Shown here one piece after another: positions 1-7,756 of a DNA stretch of 32,000 nt (position 1 is its first letter; the number at the start of each line of letters is the position of its first letter). The translations under genes were made by a program, and so were the position numbers. The DNA lies in NCBI RefSeq assembly GCF_000007225.1, contig NC_003364.1:1590001-1622000 (forward strand), written 5' to 3'. The notes below the pieces were generated by a model that was not told where the DNA came from, did no database searches, and worked only from the letters and a program-made list of their open reading frames with translations. This stretch comes from Pyrobaculum aerophilum str. IM2 (GTDB lineage Archaea > Thermoproteota > Thermoprotei > Thermoproteales > Thermoproteaceae).

Positions 1-585
1 GCCAGGGCGGATTCCTATATGTTCCACGCGGTGAACGCCCGTTGGGCATTGCTCCACGGCGAGGCCATGGGAATACCGCACTACTTAGCTGGGGTTTCCG
101 GCGTTAAGGAGAGGGAAGTGGAGGAGCTGGGGGAGGTGCTGGCTAGATATAAGCGGGAATGCGGCGCAGAGGGGGTATTGACGGGGGCGGTGGCCTCGCG
201 GTATCAAAAAGAAAGGGTGGACAGGCTGGCCGAGAGGCTGGGCCTCGTCCACGTGGCCCCTCTTTGGGGGAGAGACCAGGTCGAGCTTTTATTGGCGGAG
301 GCCTCGGCGTTGGAGTTCATTATAGTCGCCGTCATGGCAATGGGCCTTGACGAGAGGTGGCTCGGGGCGAGGATAAGCCGCCTCGAGGCGCAGAAGTTGT
401 TGGAACTGAGCAGAAAGTACGGCTTCTCGCCGGTTGGCGAAGGCGGCGAGTTTGAGACATATGTAATAGCCAGCCCGCTCTTCCGCGGCAAGAGAGTGGA
501 AATACTAGAGGCAGAAATCCACTGGAGCCCCGCCGGTTGGGGCTACTATGAGATCAAGTCTGCACGCCTCACTAAAAGTATTTAA
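1..585 (+). CDS. MJ0570/Dph6-like PP-loop ATP pyrophosphatase (diphthine-ammonia ligase family), C-terminal part; 5' end lies outside the window
   Basis: Frame 1 is open from nt 1. The C-terminal motifs VHVAPLWGRD and GEGGEFETYVIASPLF are typical of this family. Confidence 0.6.
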   Translation, partial: ARADSYMFHAVNARWALLHGEAMGIPHYLAGVSGVKEREVEELGEVLARYKRECGAEGVLTGAVASRYQKERVDRLAERLGLVHVAPLWGRDQVELLLAEASALEFIIVAVMAMGLDERWLGARISRLEAQKLLELSRKYGFSPVGEGGEFETYVIASPLFRGKRVEILEAEIHWSPAGWGYYEIKSARLTKSI

Positions 586-605
586 CATCAGTACTCCCTT
601 AGTAC

Positions 606-1067
606 GTGTCCCTAGTTATTTCTTCCCCTGTAGCCGAGGTTTTGCGCAAGGCCGCCGGCGGCCGGGACGTTGAGGAGTTCCTTTTAGAGCTTGTGGCTAG
701 TAGACTTGACCCCTCTGAGAGAATTGATGTTTACCTCGCCCTTCATGAGAAGTACTTAAGAGAGGCTGAGTCGCTTTACGAGATAGGCGATTTGGCCCAG
801 GCAGGGGAGAAGTACTGGGGCGCTGTAACTGCCTTGCTCAACGCCATAGCCGAGAAGAGAGGAATGCCCCACTACAGCCACAGGGACTACGCCGTGATAA
901 TAGAAGCGCTCTACGCGGAGACTAAAGACAAAGAGCTGTTAGTGGGATTTAGCCTGGCCGAAAGGCTCCACGCTAATTTTTACCACAACTTTATGAAAAG
1001 GGAGAGTTTTGAACTCCACAGAGACGCCGTCTTGAAGCTTGTGGAAAAGCTCAAGCGGTTTTTGTAA
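606..1067 (+). CDS. PaREP1-family protein (HEPN-like helical domain), paralog 1
   Basis: GTG start. The motifs AGEKYWGAVTALLNAIAEKRG and ERLHANFYHNF (Rx6H-like) match the archaeal PaREP1/PaREP8 family. It is alignable with ORFs 21076-21621 and 23797-24285. A TATA-like AAAAGTATTTAAC lies about 25-35 nt upstream. Confidence 0.7.
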   Translation: MSLVISSPVAEVLRKAAGGRDVEEFLLELVASRLDPSERIDVYLALHEKYLREAESLYEIGDLAQAGEKYWGAVTALLNAIAEKRGMPHYSHRDYAVIIEALYAETKDKELLVGFSLAERLHANFYHNFMKRESFELHRDAVLKLVEKLKRFL

Positions 1068-1217
1068 TCCGTTAAGCGGCAAGGAGCCAGCCTTACGCTG
1101 AGATTTACGAATTGCTGACAACAAGACTGTTACCAGATCGAGTCATATGTATAAATTGCCAAGTTTGACATTTTATTTTTAAATGCAGTAAACAGTTTTT
1201 GAGGTCTTGGCCGACGT

Positions 1218-1274
1218 GTGATGAGTCCTTCCGCTTGGGATTAGTGACTTAACATGAGGCGTGCCGGCCGCTGA
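1218..1274 (+). ncRNA. Candidate C/D-box sRNA (low confidence)
   Basis: C box GTGATGA at 1218-1224 and D box CTGA at 1271-1274, 46 nt apart. A degenerate C' (ATGAGG, 1254-1259) sits 11 nt before the D box. A strong orphan A/T promoter (TTTTATTTTTAAAT, ~1172-1186) lies ~30-45 nt upstream, and no ORF follows it. The internal D' is poor and its spacing is atypical. Confidence 0.3.
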
Positions 1275-1504
1275 CTTCAGCCTACATACTTCGGAGATCA
1301 AGAAGTCTAGTGTCCCGGCGCTAAGTCGCGGCATTTGTCATCGGGCAAAAAGCGTTATAAATAGCGATTACGGTGACGCGTTGATATTATTGAGCGGAGT
1401 TCTGACGACCGTTGAAGATAAAAGAGGACTTGACAGCGTCGATAGCCGTCTCAACAGGACACTTTTTTATACAGTTGTCATCTGGGGCGAAGCTGGCGTC
1501 GTTG

Positions 1505-1882
1505 TTAACCGCCTACCACCTCCCCGGGCTCCAACCTCTTGAGATCGGTTTTGTCAAAATCCTTATCGAAACTGACAATGGGCACGCCTAATTTCTTGGC
1601 GTAATAGTAGTGGAGCCCGTCGTCGAAGTCGAGACCAACCTTAGCGGCGGCTCTGGCCGCCTCAATCTCCTCCTCCATATTGCTCTTCACGATTTCAAGC
1701 CCGCGCCATGTTGCGATCTCGCTTAGGAACGCCTCCACGAGATCTGGCCTGGCCAAAATGGCTGATATGCCATGTACGGCGAACTGCAAGACGTATCCCC
1801 TAATGTTCCCCGACTTGACCTTCTCTAGAAAGCGGTACGGTTCAACCCACTTTTGCCGCTTGTAGAGCAACTCTGGCGTCAA
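1505..1882 (-). CDS. vapC: PIN-domain VapC-like toxin (TTG start; lacks the usual N-terminal Asp strand)
   Basis: The C-terminal PIN motifs GLDFDDGLHYYYAKKLGVPIVSFDKDFDKT are present. The start overlaps the stop of the upstream small gene (TTGA). Confidence 0.7.
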   Translation of the reverse strand: MTPELLYKRQKWVEPYRFLEKVKSGNIRGYVLQFAVHGISAILARPDLVEAFLSEIATWRGLEIVKSNMEEEIEAARAAAKVGLDFDDGLHYYYAKKLGVPIVSFDKDFDKTDLKRLEPGEVVGG

Positions 1883-2127
1883 TTATCCCTCAACGCCTCG
1901 GCTAGATCCTCCCCGTTCCACCTCCTCGGTGAGGAGAGGCCGAGCCCCACGAGCCGATCCAGTCCCCCAGCGCTGGGCTGAGGGCCGCCGAGCTCCCTCT
2001 CCAAGATCTCCACAATGGCCTTAGATAGAGCGCCCCGCCTCAAGCCGTATCTCTCGGCGGCGTATTTCCTGAGCCTCTCGGCCAACCACTTGGGCACCTC
2101 CACCTTAATTACCTCTTTTTCACTCAT
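1879..2127 (-). CDS. vapB: VapB-like antitoxin (ribbon-helix-helix/CopG-like)
   Basis: Start reset to the internal ATG at 2127 (MSEKEVIKVEVPKWLAERLRKY...). A TATA-like TTTATAT lies ~25 nt upstream. The N-terminus has a beta-strand + helix pattern, and the gene overlaps the PIN gene by 4 nt. Confidence 0.6.
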   Translation of the reverse strand: MSEKEVIKVEVPKWLAERLRKYAAERYGLRRGALSKAIVEILERELGGPQPSAGGLDRLVGLGLSSPRRWNGEDLAEALRDN

Positions 2128-2308
2128 GTACAAAAGAACTTTAGTACAATATAAATCTTGTAAGGCGGCTGGCGCTCGGATCAGCCGGTGTTGATACGAT
2201 GGCGCCTTCCCGTCGCTTTGGCTTAACACCGTTCAAAAACTGCTTGGACTTATCAGGAGTCGAACAGCGGCAAAAGGAGTCAAACACCTTGTCGCGTGGC
2301 TGACATCA

Positions 2309-2833
2309 TTATCGCGGCGCTGTGGCTCTGCCCAGCGGCCTTTCGGCCAGGCGGCATATATACAGCTCACCCGCCTTGTCTAAAAACTGGCAACCAACAC
2401 ACGCCCTTGGGGTCTCAATTAACCCCTTGTCTATTAATTCCCCCACTATTTTGGCATATAGCATGTGGAGCAGAGCCCTCTCGGCATAGTTAAGCCGCGA
2501 GACGACAACTGACAGAGCATCGTATATGCTTGAGATCTCCTCCGCGGCCCTCCTCCCCGCCTCCGTCAGCCTTACCACCTTGACCCTCTTGTCCCTCCCC
2601 CTCGCCACCTCAACGTAGCCGAGCTTTATCATTGACTTTAACGACTCAGAGGCCGTTGAGATGGACACGGCGAGTTCTCTGGCTATTTGCGTCACTGATG
2701 CCTCACCCCGCTTGGCTAGATACAAGGCGATTTGCCCCTGGAGGGGGCTCAGCCCGTGTTTTTTACTCGCCTCTGCCAACAGTCTCCACAGGGCGTTAGA
2801 AAAGGCAAGGATTATATCTACTGTCCGCTCCAC
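2309..2833 (-). CDS. MarR-type winged-helix regulator with C-terminal CxxC...C extension
   Basis: The wHTH core is LSPLQGQIALYLAKRGEASVTQIARELAVSISTASESLKSMIKLGYV. The C-terminus is CVGCQFLDKAGELYICRL. The gene overlaps the upstream hemerythrin-like gene by 16 nt. Confidence 0.7.
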   Translation of the reverse strand: MERTVDIILAFSNALWRLLAEASKKHGLSPLQGQIALYLAKRGEASVTQIARELAVSISTASESLKSMIKLGYVEVARGRDKRVKVVRLTEAGRRAAEEISSIYDALSVVVSRLNYAERALLHMLYAKIVGELIDKGLIETPRACVGCQFLDKAGELYICRLAERPLGRATAPR

Positions 2834-3360
2834 GATTTCTTCAACTCCTCTAATTTGGCCATCCAGTAGTCATGTTGATTCTCCTTCTCAATGTCCTCCA
2901 CAGTCCGCGACGAGGATACCTCTGAGTAGCTTGATTCCAGCATGGGGAACAAGACGTTGTTCTCCTTCATTATGTGCTCCGATATGTGGTCTATGTACAA
3001 TTTGGCGTAGTCCGCCAGTTCCTTCAAGGCGTTTTGGTCGCCGTTTTTCCACGCAGTGTAGAGCTCCTCCATTACTCTAGCCAGATAGCGCCCGATGCCG
3101 TGTTCTGACGTCATGACGTATATAGGCGAGCCGAGGTAGGGAAAGCCCTGTCGATTAACCCCCTGGAACAGTATGTACTCCTCTATTGAGTGGTGGCATT
3201 GATCTACAAAACGCTGTATAAACTGAATTAAGAAGTGAACGGCCTCCGGGTCTGGAGATGGGCTGGACAGTACTTTATCCAACAGGGCCACTGCCTCTAG
3301 GATTTTATCGTGGTGTTCTCTAAGAGCCGACGTCACGTACTTCACTCTGACTTTAGGCAT
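2818..3360 (-). CDS. Hemerythrin-like (HHE cation-binding) domain protein
   Basis: The His/Glu ligand pattern REHHDK, CHHSIEE, SEHG and HISEHIMKEN fits a four-helix di-iron domain. Confidence 0.7.
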   Translation of the reverse strand: MPKVRVKYVTSALREHHDKILEAVALLDKVLSSPSPDPEAVHFLIQFIQRFVDQCHHSIEEYILFQGVNRQGFPYLGSPIYVMTSEHGIGRYLARVMEELYTAWKNGDQNALKELADYAKLYIDHISEHIMKENNVLFPMLESSYSEVSSSRTVEDIEKENQHDYWMAKLEELKKSWSGQ

Positions 3361-3372
3361 GTATTTTTCGTT

Positions 3373-3389
3373 GTACGGAATATTTAAAG
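3373..3389 (-). promoter_or_regulatory. 17-bp promoter module (TATA + flank), copy 1, upstream of the hemerythrin-like gene
   Basis: GTACGGAATATTTAAAG is identical 17/17 to 3915-3931. It starts 13 nt beyond the start codon at 3360. Confidence 0.7.
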
Positions 3390-3572
3390 GTTTAGAAGTA
3401 TTAAAAGTAGCGGTAAATAGTGCGTAACGCGTAAAACAGCCCTAACCCCGGACAGGCGCCGCTCGGGCTGGCTAATACGCCAAAGGCCCAGGAGATGATA
3501 ACCCTCGGCGACTCCCCGCAAGCACTCTGTAAATACGAGAACGCTTATCGTCGCTAACGCTAAAGCCGTTTA

Positions 3573-3902
3573 CTAGACACGGGCGAGCCAAATAGCCGCA
3601 AAGACGAGGAATAAAAGCTCCACAGCCTCAAAAACCGCATAGGCCGGCGCCAGGTTTTTATAACGGGCCAGCGCCCCGCGGAGGTACAGCACCGCCCCGG
3701 CCCAATGGATTAAAGCCATTACCACAGCAGGCGCCAGCAGAGGCCCCAGAGGGACTGTTAGAAGCGCCGCGTAGAAAGCCGCCTCATATACTGCAATAAC
3801 CTTCGCCGCGACGCCGCCTAGAAACCTCCCCCGCGGAGTATAAATCGTCGTCCAAAAATGTTTTAGAAACATGACGGGGAGTAAAACGAGGACTGCCTCC
3901 AT
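3573..3902 (-). CDS. Small integral membrane protein, unknown function
   Basis: Hydrophobic, with 3-4 predicted TM segments. Start reset to the ATG at 3902 because the shared promoter module lies inside the longer ORF, at exactly the same spacing as for the hemerythrin-like gene. Confidence 0.5.
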   Translation of the reverse strand: MEAVLVLLPVMFLKHFWTTIYTPRGRFLGGVAAKVIAVYEAAFYAALLTVPLGPLLAPAVVMALIHWAGAVLYLRGALARYKNLAPAYAVFEAVELLFLVFAAIWLARV

Positions 3903-3914
3903 GAACATTTTGCC

Positions 3915-3931
3915 GTACGGAATATTTAAAG
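3915..3931 (-). promoter_or_regulatory. 17-bp promoter module, copy 2, upstream of the membrane protein gene
   Basis: Identical to 3373-3389. It starts 13 nt beyond the ATG at 3902, and here forms the 8-bp palindrome CCGTACGG. Confidence 0.65.
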
Positions 3932-4158
3932 ATGACATTTCTAAGATTTCAGTCACCTATTGGCATATCATTACGGACGGCGTAAAATCATAAAGTAGGA
4001 GTCGTGCCACTTTTTAACCAATACCTCAACGGCCTGTTGCCCAAAGAGAGTAGAAAGCCAATTGCAAAATTATCAATTATTTGTGATAAAATGGGCTAAA
4101 TAGTTAAGAAGCAGTTAATGAAAAGCCGGCTGATAATCTAGACAATACGCCCGGAGTT

Positions 4159-4359
4159 CTAAAACGCTGAGTTTTCCCCCAAGAGTTTACAAAACCCCTC
4201 CTCGAAAAAGCGACAAGTTAGACACAGCTCCGCCTCTATGAGACCTCTTTTTTGAAGCTCAGCTATCAGGTCTAAAAGCTTAATTCTTAACTCCAACCCC
4301 CCAATTTTTTGGGCAATTCAATCTATTTCCGCAAATAGGCTCTTCACCTCCTCGACGGC
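4159..4359 (-). pseudogene. Out-of-frame C-terminal remnant of the MarR-CxxC regulator at 4344-4628
   Basis: A different frame reads AVEEVKSLFAEID*IAQKIGGLELRIKLLDLIAELQKRGLIEAELCLTCRFFEEGFCKLLGENSAF. This aligns with AAEEISSIYDAL...IVGELIDKGLIETPRACVGCQFLDK...YICRL of ORF 2309-2833. It needs a 1-nt frameshift near 4356-4360 and contains an in-frame TGA at 4318-4320. Confidence 0.7.
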
Positions 4360-4628
4360 TTAACGCCTTTTTCTGTGAGCTTTATCACAGTGGTCTTACC
4401 GACTCTATGCCTCGTTATAAAGCCCTTTTTCTCTAAAGCCAAGAGAGTATCTGTCGCCGTGGGCTGCGCCACCATTAGCCTATCGGCTAATTTCACCACT
4501 GTATTGACGCCCTCAGCGGCCGCCAGTAGGGCGGAGAGCTGTAATTCCGTGAGGCCCATGGATACGGCCTTTTCAATTAACATGTGCCTATAGGCCCTCA
4601 GGAGCCTATCTAAAACATCTGAAATCAC
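4344..4628 (-). CDS. MarR-type winged-helix regulator, truncated (N-terminal wHTH part only)
   Basis: Paralog of 2309-2833 (VISDVLDRLLRAYRHMLIEKAVSMGLTELQLSALL...). Start reset to the GTG at 4628, which has ATATATATA 22-32 nt upstream. The longer ATG at 4694 is possible but has no equivalent in the paralog. Confidence 0.6.
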   Translation of the reverse strand: MISDVLDRLLRAYRHMLIEKAVSMGLTELQLSALLAAAEGVNTVVKLADRLMVAQPTATDTLLALEKKGFITRHRVGKTTVIKLTEKGVKPSRR

Positions 4629-4683
4629 GCCCCCTCCCCGATGGATATATATATTGTTGCGATCGCAAGCCCCCGCGGACTGA

Positions 4684-5376
4684 CTACTTCCCAACTAGCC
4701 GGACCCCCAGCGGATCTACCACGTCTATTTCGAGGCCGAGCCTCACCTCTAGCAGGCCTGCCCCTCCACGCGGCTGGGGAACCGGCCAGGGATTAAAGGC
4801 GAAGTGGTGGTGGTAATCGCCGTAGGCCAAAAACACAGCACCTCTCCAGCGATAAGTCGTCTTAAAGCCCAAGTCGTTGTAAAACCTCTCAGCCGCCTCC
4901 ACGTCGGCAGTTCTCATGTGGATATGCCCCAGCTCCAGCCCGCCGGGCCGCGCCCCGGCTTCTCTCAACAGAGATCTCACGTCTAGAGGCAACGTGTCCA
5001 TGGCGTAGCCGCCGTTTTTCCTAGGCCACGCGTCCCTCGGCTTGTCCGCATATATCTCAATTCCTATGCCGTCGAAATCCCTGACGTATAAAGACTCGGA
5101 GACCAGATGGTCGGCGAAGCCCTCCACCACTTCTTCAAACTCCAAGGCCCTTCTCAACACGGCGCCTAGACTCCTCCTATCGGGCACCCTCAAGGCCACG
5201 TGGTATAAATACGAGCCCTCCGGGTGGCGGGAAGCGCCCTCTACTAACATCAACGGGCAGTCGCCGACGCACAGCCCCTCCCCCCTCTGTTTAACCTCAA
5301 GGCCGAGGATTTTGCCGTAGAACTCAGCCGCGTCTTTAAGACTGGATACCGCCAATACCGCCGTTTTTAAGACCAT
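4684..5376 (-). CDS. Two-domain VOC (glyoxalase/bleomycin-resistance/extradiol dioxygenase) family protein
   Basis: Two tandem VOC modules are present: AVSSLKDAAEFYGKILGLEV... and LGHIHMRTADVEAAERFYNDLGF... Confidence 0.7.
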   Translation of the reverse strand: MVLKTAVLAVSSLKDAAEFYGKILGLEVKQRGEGLCVGDCPLMLVEGASRHPEGSYLYHVALRVPDRRSLGAVLRRALEFEEVVEGFADHLVSESLYVRDFDGIGIEIYADKPRDAWPRKNGGYAMDTLPLDVRSLLREAGARPGGLELGHIHMRTADVEAAERFYNDLGFKTTYRWRGAVFLAYGDYHHHFAFNPWPVPQPRGGAGLLEVRLGLEIDVVDPLGVRLVGK

Positions 5377-5399
5377 ATATTACACGAAATTGATTATAT

Positions 5400-5780
5400 T
5401 TAATCTAACGCTTGGGCGACCGCCCTTGCCACCTCCTCGTCCTGGTCGCCAGTGCCGCCGCTGACTCCCACCCCGCCGGAGAACTCCCGCTTTGCCACGT
5501 AAATACCCCCCTTTCCGAATATTAAGCCGGCGTGTACAGTCAGCCCGATGTAAAAGGGGAGGTTCTGCGCCGCCCTCTCCATAAGCTCGGCCGTGGGCCT
5601 TTTGAAAATAGCCGCAGTCCTCGCCTTTAGGAGGGCTATTTTTGGGGAGAAGGGATAGGCGCCGGGCATTTTGTACAAGGCCACTACCTCCCCCGCCTCG
5701 TCCACTAGGGCGATGGCCACCCTCACCCCTAACTGCTCCGCCTTGGCCACGCCGGAGGCGATGGCTTGGAATACCTTCAT
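5400..5780 (-). CDS. GlcG/HbpS-like (DUF336) putative heme-binding protein
   Basis: Family-typical C-terminus GGVGVSGGTGDQDEEVA. The gene overlaps the upstream dehydrogenase gene by 4 nt. Confidence 0.7.
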   Translation of the reverse strand: MKVFQAIASGVAKAEQLGVRVAIALVDEAGEVVALYKMPGAYPFSPKIALLKARTAAIFKRPTAELMERAAQNLPFYIGLTVHAGLIFGKGGIYVAKREFSGGVGVSGGTGDQDEEVARAVAQALD

Positions 5781-6772
5781 GGCGCTATTAGCACTTTGCC
5801 CACTCTCTCTGGGGATCGGAGCTCTTCCAGCGCCTTCCTCACGTCGGCGAGGGGATAGACGTTGTGTAAAAACGCCTTAATCCTCCCCGCCTCAAGCAAC
5901 CTCACCACTGTATTGAAATCGGCTCTGCGGCCGCCGGTGGCTCCTATTACTAATATCTGCATCCCGTAAAGCCTCCTCAAGTCCAGCCTCACCTCGGCTC
6001 CCGTCAGGGCGCCAGCCGTGACGTATCTCCCCCCTCTTCCCAACACGCCGAAGCTCAGATCCCAGCTGGCCGAGCCGGTGGGGTCAAGCACGACGTCGAA
6101 AGGAGCCGCCGATTTCGCCTCGTCGGGGGTGAGGACGGCGTCTGCGCCGGCGGACTTCAATATCGACTCCACCTTCGCCTTCCTGCGGGAGATGGCGTAA
6201 ACCTCCCCGCCGAGCAGCTTGGCAAATTGCACCGCATATATCCCCACGTTGCCCGTGGCTCCCACCACGGCCACCTTCTCCCCAGGGGATATGGAGGCCC
6301 TATAGGCCATGTTCCAAGCGGTTAAAGCGCCGATGGGCAGAGTGGCCGCCTCCTTGAGATCGGCCCTCGTCGCCACGGCGTTTTTGGCGGGGACTACGGC
6401 GTATTCGGCGTATCCCCCCTGGGTCACAATGCCTATTATGCCGCCTCCAGTCACTTCGCACATCTGAGTCCAGCCGGTCAAGCATTGGCGGCAGTGGCCG
6501 CAGTACAGCCTGTTGTAAACCACGACGGGATCGCCTCTCGACACGCCGGTCACCCCGGGGCCCGCCTCCTCGACGACGCCGGCGAACTCGCTGCCGGGTA
6601 TGTGGGGCATTGGAGAGGCCTTGACGGCCCCCGCCACTACGTTGTAGTCCAACGGGTTTACCCCGGCGTATTTAACTCTTATTAAGACCTCCCCGGGGCC
6701 GGGCCTCGGCGTCTCCGCCTCTACCAGCTTTAAATTCTCAAGCCCTGGGGTTGAGAACGCGGCCGCCCTCAT
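5777..6772 (-). CDS. Zinc-type alcohol dehydrogenase / MDR-family oxidoreductase
   Basis: Motifs: PHIPGSEFAGVV, the structural-zinc Cys cluster CGHCRQCLTGWTQMC, and the Rossmann motif VAVVGATGNVG. Confidence 0.8.
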   Translation of the reverse strand: MRAAAFSTPGLENLKLVEAETPRPGPGEVLIRVKYAGVNPLDYNVVAGAVKASPMPHIPGSEFAGVVEEAGPGVTGVSRGDPVVVYNRLYCGHCRQCLTGWTQMCEVTGGGIIGIVTQGGYAEYAVVPAKNAVATRADLKEAATLPIGALTAWNMAYRASISPGEKVAVVGATGNVGIYAVQFAKLLGGEVYAISRRKAKVESILKSAGADAVLTPDEAKSAAPFDVVLDPTGSASWDLSFGVLGRGGRYVTAGALTGAEVRLDLRRLYGMQILVIGATGGRRADFNTVVRLLEAGRIKAFLHNVYPLADVRKALEELRSPERVGKVLIAP

Positions 6773-7689
6773 TTCATGCCCTCCTCCACCACGTAGTTCC
6801 TTAAAACGCCTATTTTCTCCACCTCGGCCTCTACCACGTCGCCGTGTTTTAAGAATTTGCCCTTGGGGAATCCAACGCCGGGGGGCGTCCCGGTGAATAT
6901 AAGGTCCCCGGGCTTGAGGGTTATGCCCTGGGAGGCCCAGTGTATGAGCTGTTGCACGTTGAAAATAAGCTCTGAAGTGTTGCCCTCTTGCTCCAACTGG
7001 CCGTTGACCCTCAGCCGAAGGCCCAGCCTATTGGGGTCTTCAATTTCGTCTTTCGTCACTATGTAGGGCCCCACGGGAGCCGCCGTGTCCATGGACTTGC
7101 CCCATATCCAGTTCTGCCCGTATGGGTTGAGCTGTTGCGGCCAGCCGGGGGGGAACTGCCAGTCTCTAATTGATATGTCGTTTCCCACAGTGTAGCCGAA
7201 GACGTAGTCGAGCGCCCTCGCGGGGTCAATATACTTGCCGGCCCTCCCGATTACCACTACCAGCTCCACCTCCCAATCTACCTTTTGGGTTACCTTGTGT
7301 TTAATTACGGGCTGCTCGTGTCCCACCAGCGCGTTGGGGAACTTGGGGAAAAAATAGGGCCTTTCCGGCGGCTTCACGCCGGCCTCTTGGCCGTGTGCTT
7401 TGTAATTCACCGCCACGGCGAAGATTTTCTCAGGGTTCGTGACGGGGGGCTCCCAGACTATCTCCTTGGGGCTCAGCTTTGCCTCCTCCGGGGCTTTACG
7501 CGCCAAGTAGTCTACTATCTCCAGCGCGGGCCTGCCCACTGCAATCAGCTTCTTCATGTCGTAGAGAAAGTCCGGCGCCTCAAAGGCGTCGTAAACGGCT
7601 AAATACGCCTTGGGCAGGTCAATAATTACATCGCCTTGTAGAACCCCAACCCTTCTCACCTCCCCCTTTCTGAACGTCAACAGCTTCAT
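6769..7689 (-). CDS. Fumarylacetoacetate hydrolase (FAH) family hydratase/isomerase/decarboxylase
   Basis: FAH-fold motifs PYFFPKFPNAL, GYTVGNDISIRDWQ and GDLIFTGTPPGVG. A TATA-like TTTTAAATATT lies ~25 nt upstream of 7689. Confidence 0.85.
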   Translation of the reverse strand: MKLLTFRKGEVRRVGVLQGDVIIDLPKAYLAVYDAFEAPDFLYDMKKLIAVGRPALEIVDYLARKAPEEAKLSPKEIVWEPPVTNPEKIFAVAVNYKAHGQEAGVKPPERPYFFPKFPNALVGHEQPVIKHKVTQKVDWEVELVVVIGRAGKYIDPARALDYVFGYTVGNDISIRDWQFPPGWPQQLNPYGQNWIWGKSMDTAAPVGPYIVTKDEIEDPNRLGLRLRVNGQLEQEGNTSELIFNVQQLIHWASQGITLKPGDLIFTGTPPGVGFPKGKFLKHGDVVEAEVEKIGVLRNYVVEEGMK

Positions 7690-7756
7690 GGGATCACGGC
7701 CGAAGCCCTCTTTTAAATATTACCTTTAATTATATGGCTGATTAGTTAAATAAAGG

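Noticed and set aside
1261-1542. ORF 1261-1542 (+), 93 aa
   Set aside because: GTG start, no promoter, no family resemblance, and it overlaps the vapC 3' end and the sRNA candidate. Probably non-coding.
2253-2310. Second C/D-box sRNA candidate on the minus strand (AUGAUGU overlapping the MarR stop codon ... CUGA at 2256-2253)
   Set aside because: The C box has a mismatch, and no acceptable C'/D' boxes occur at the ~12-nt guide spacing. I keep it only as a note, because Pyrobaculum sRNAs can overlap gene 3' ends.
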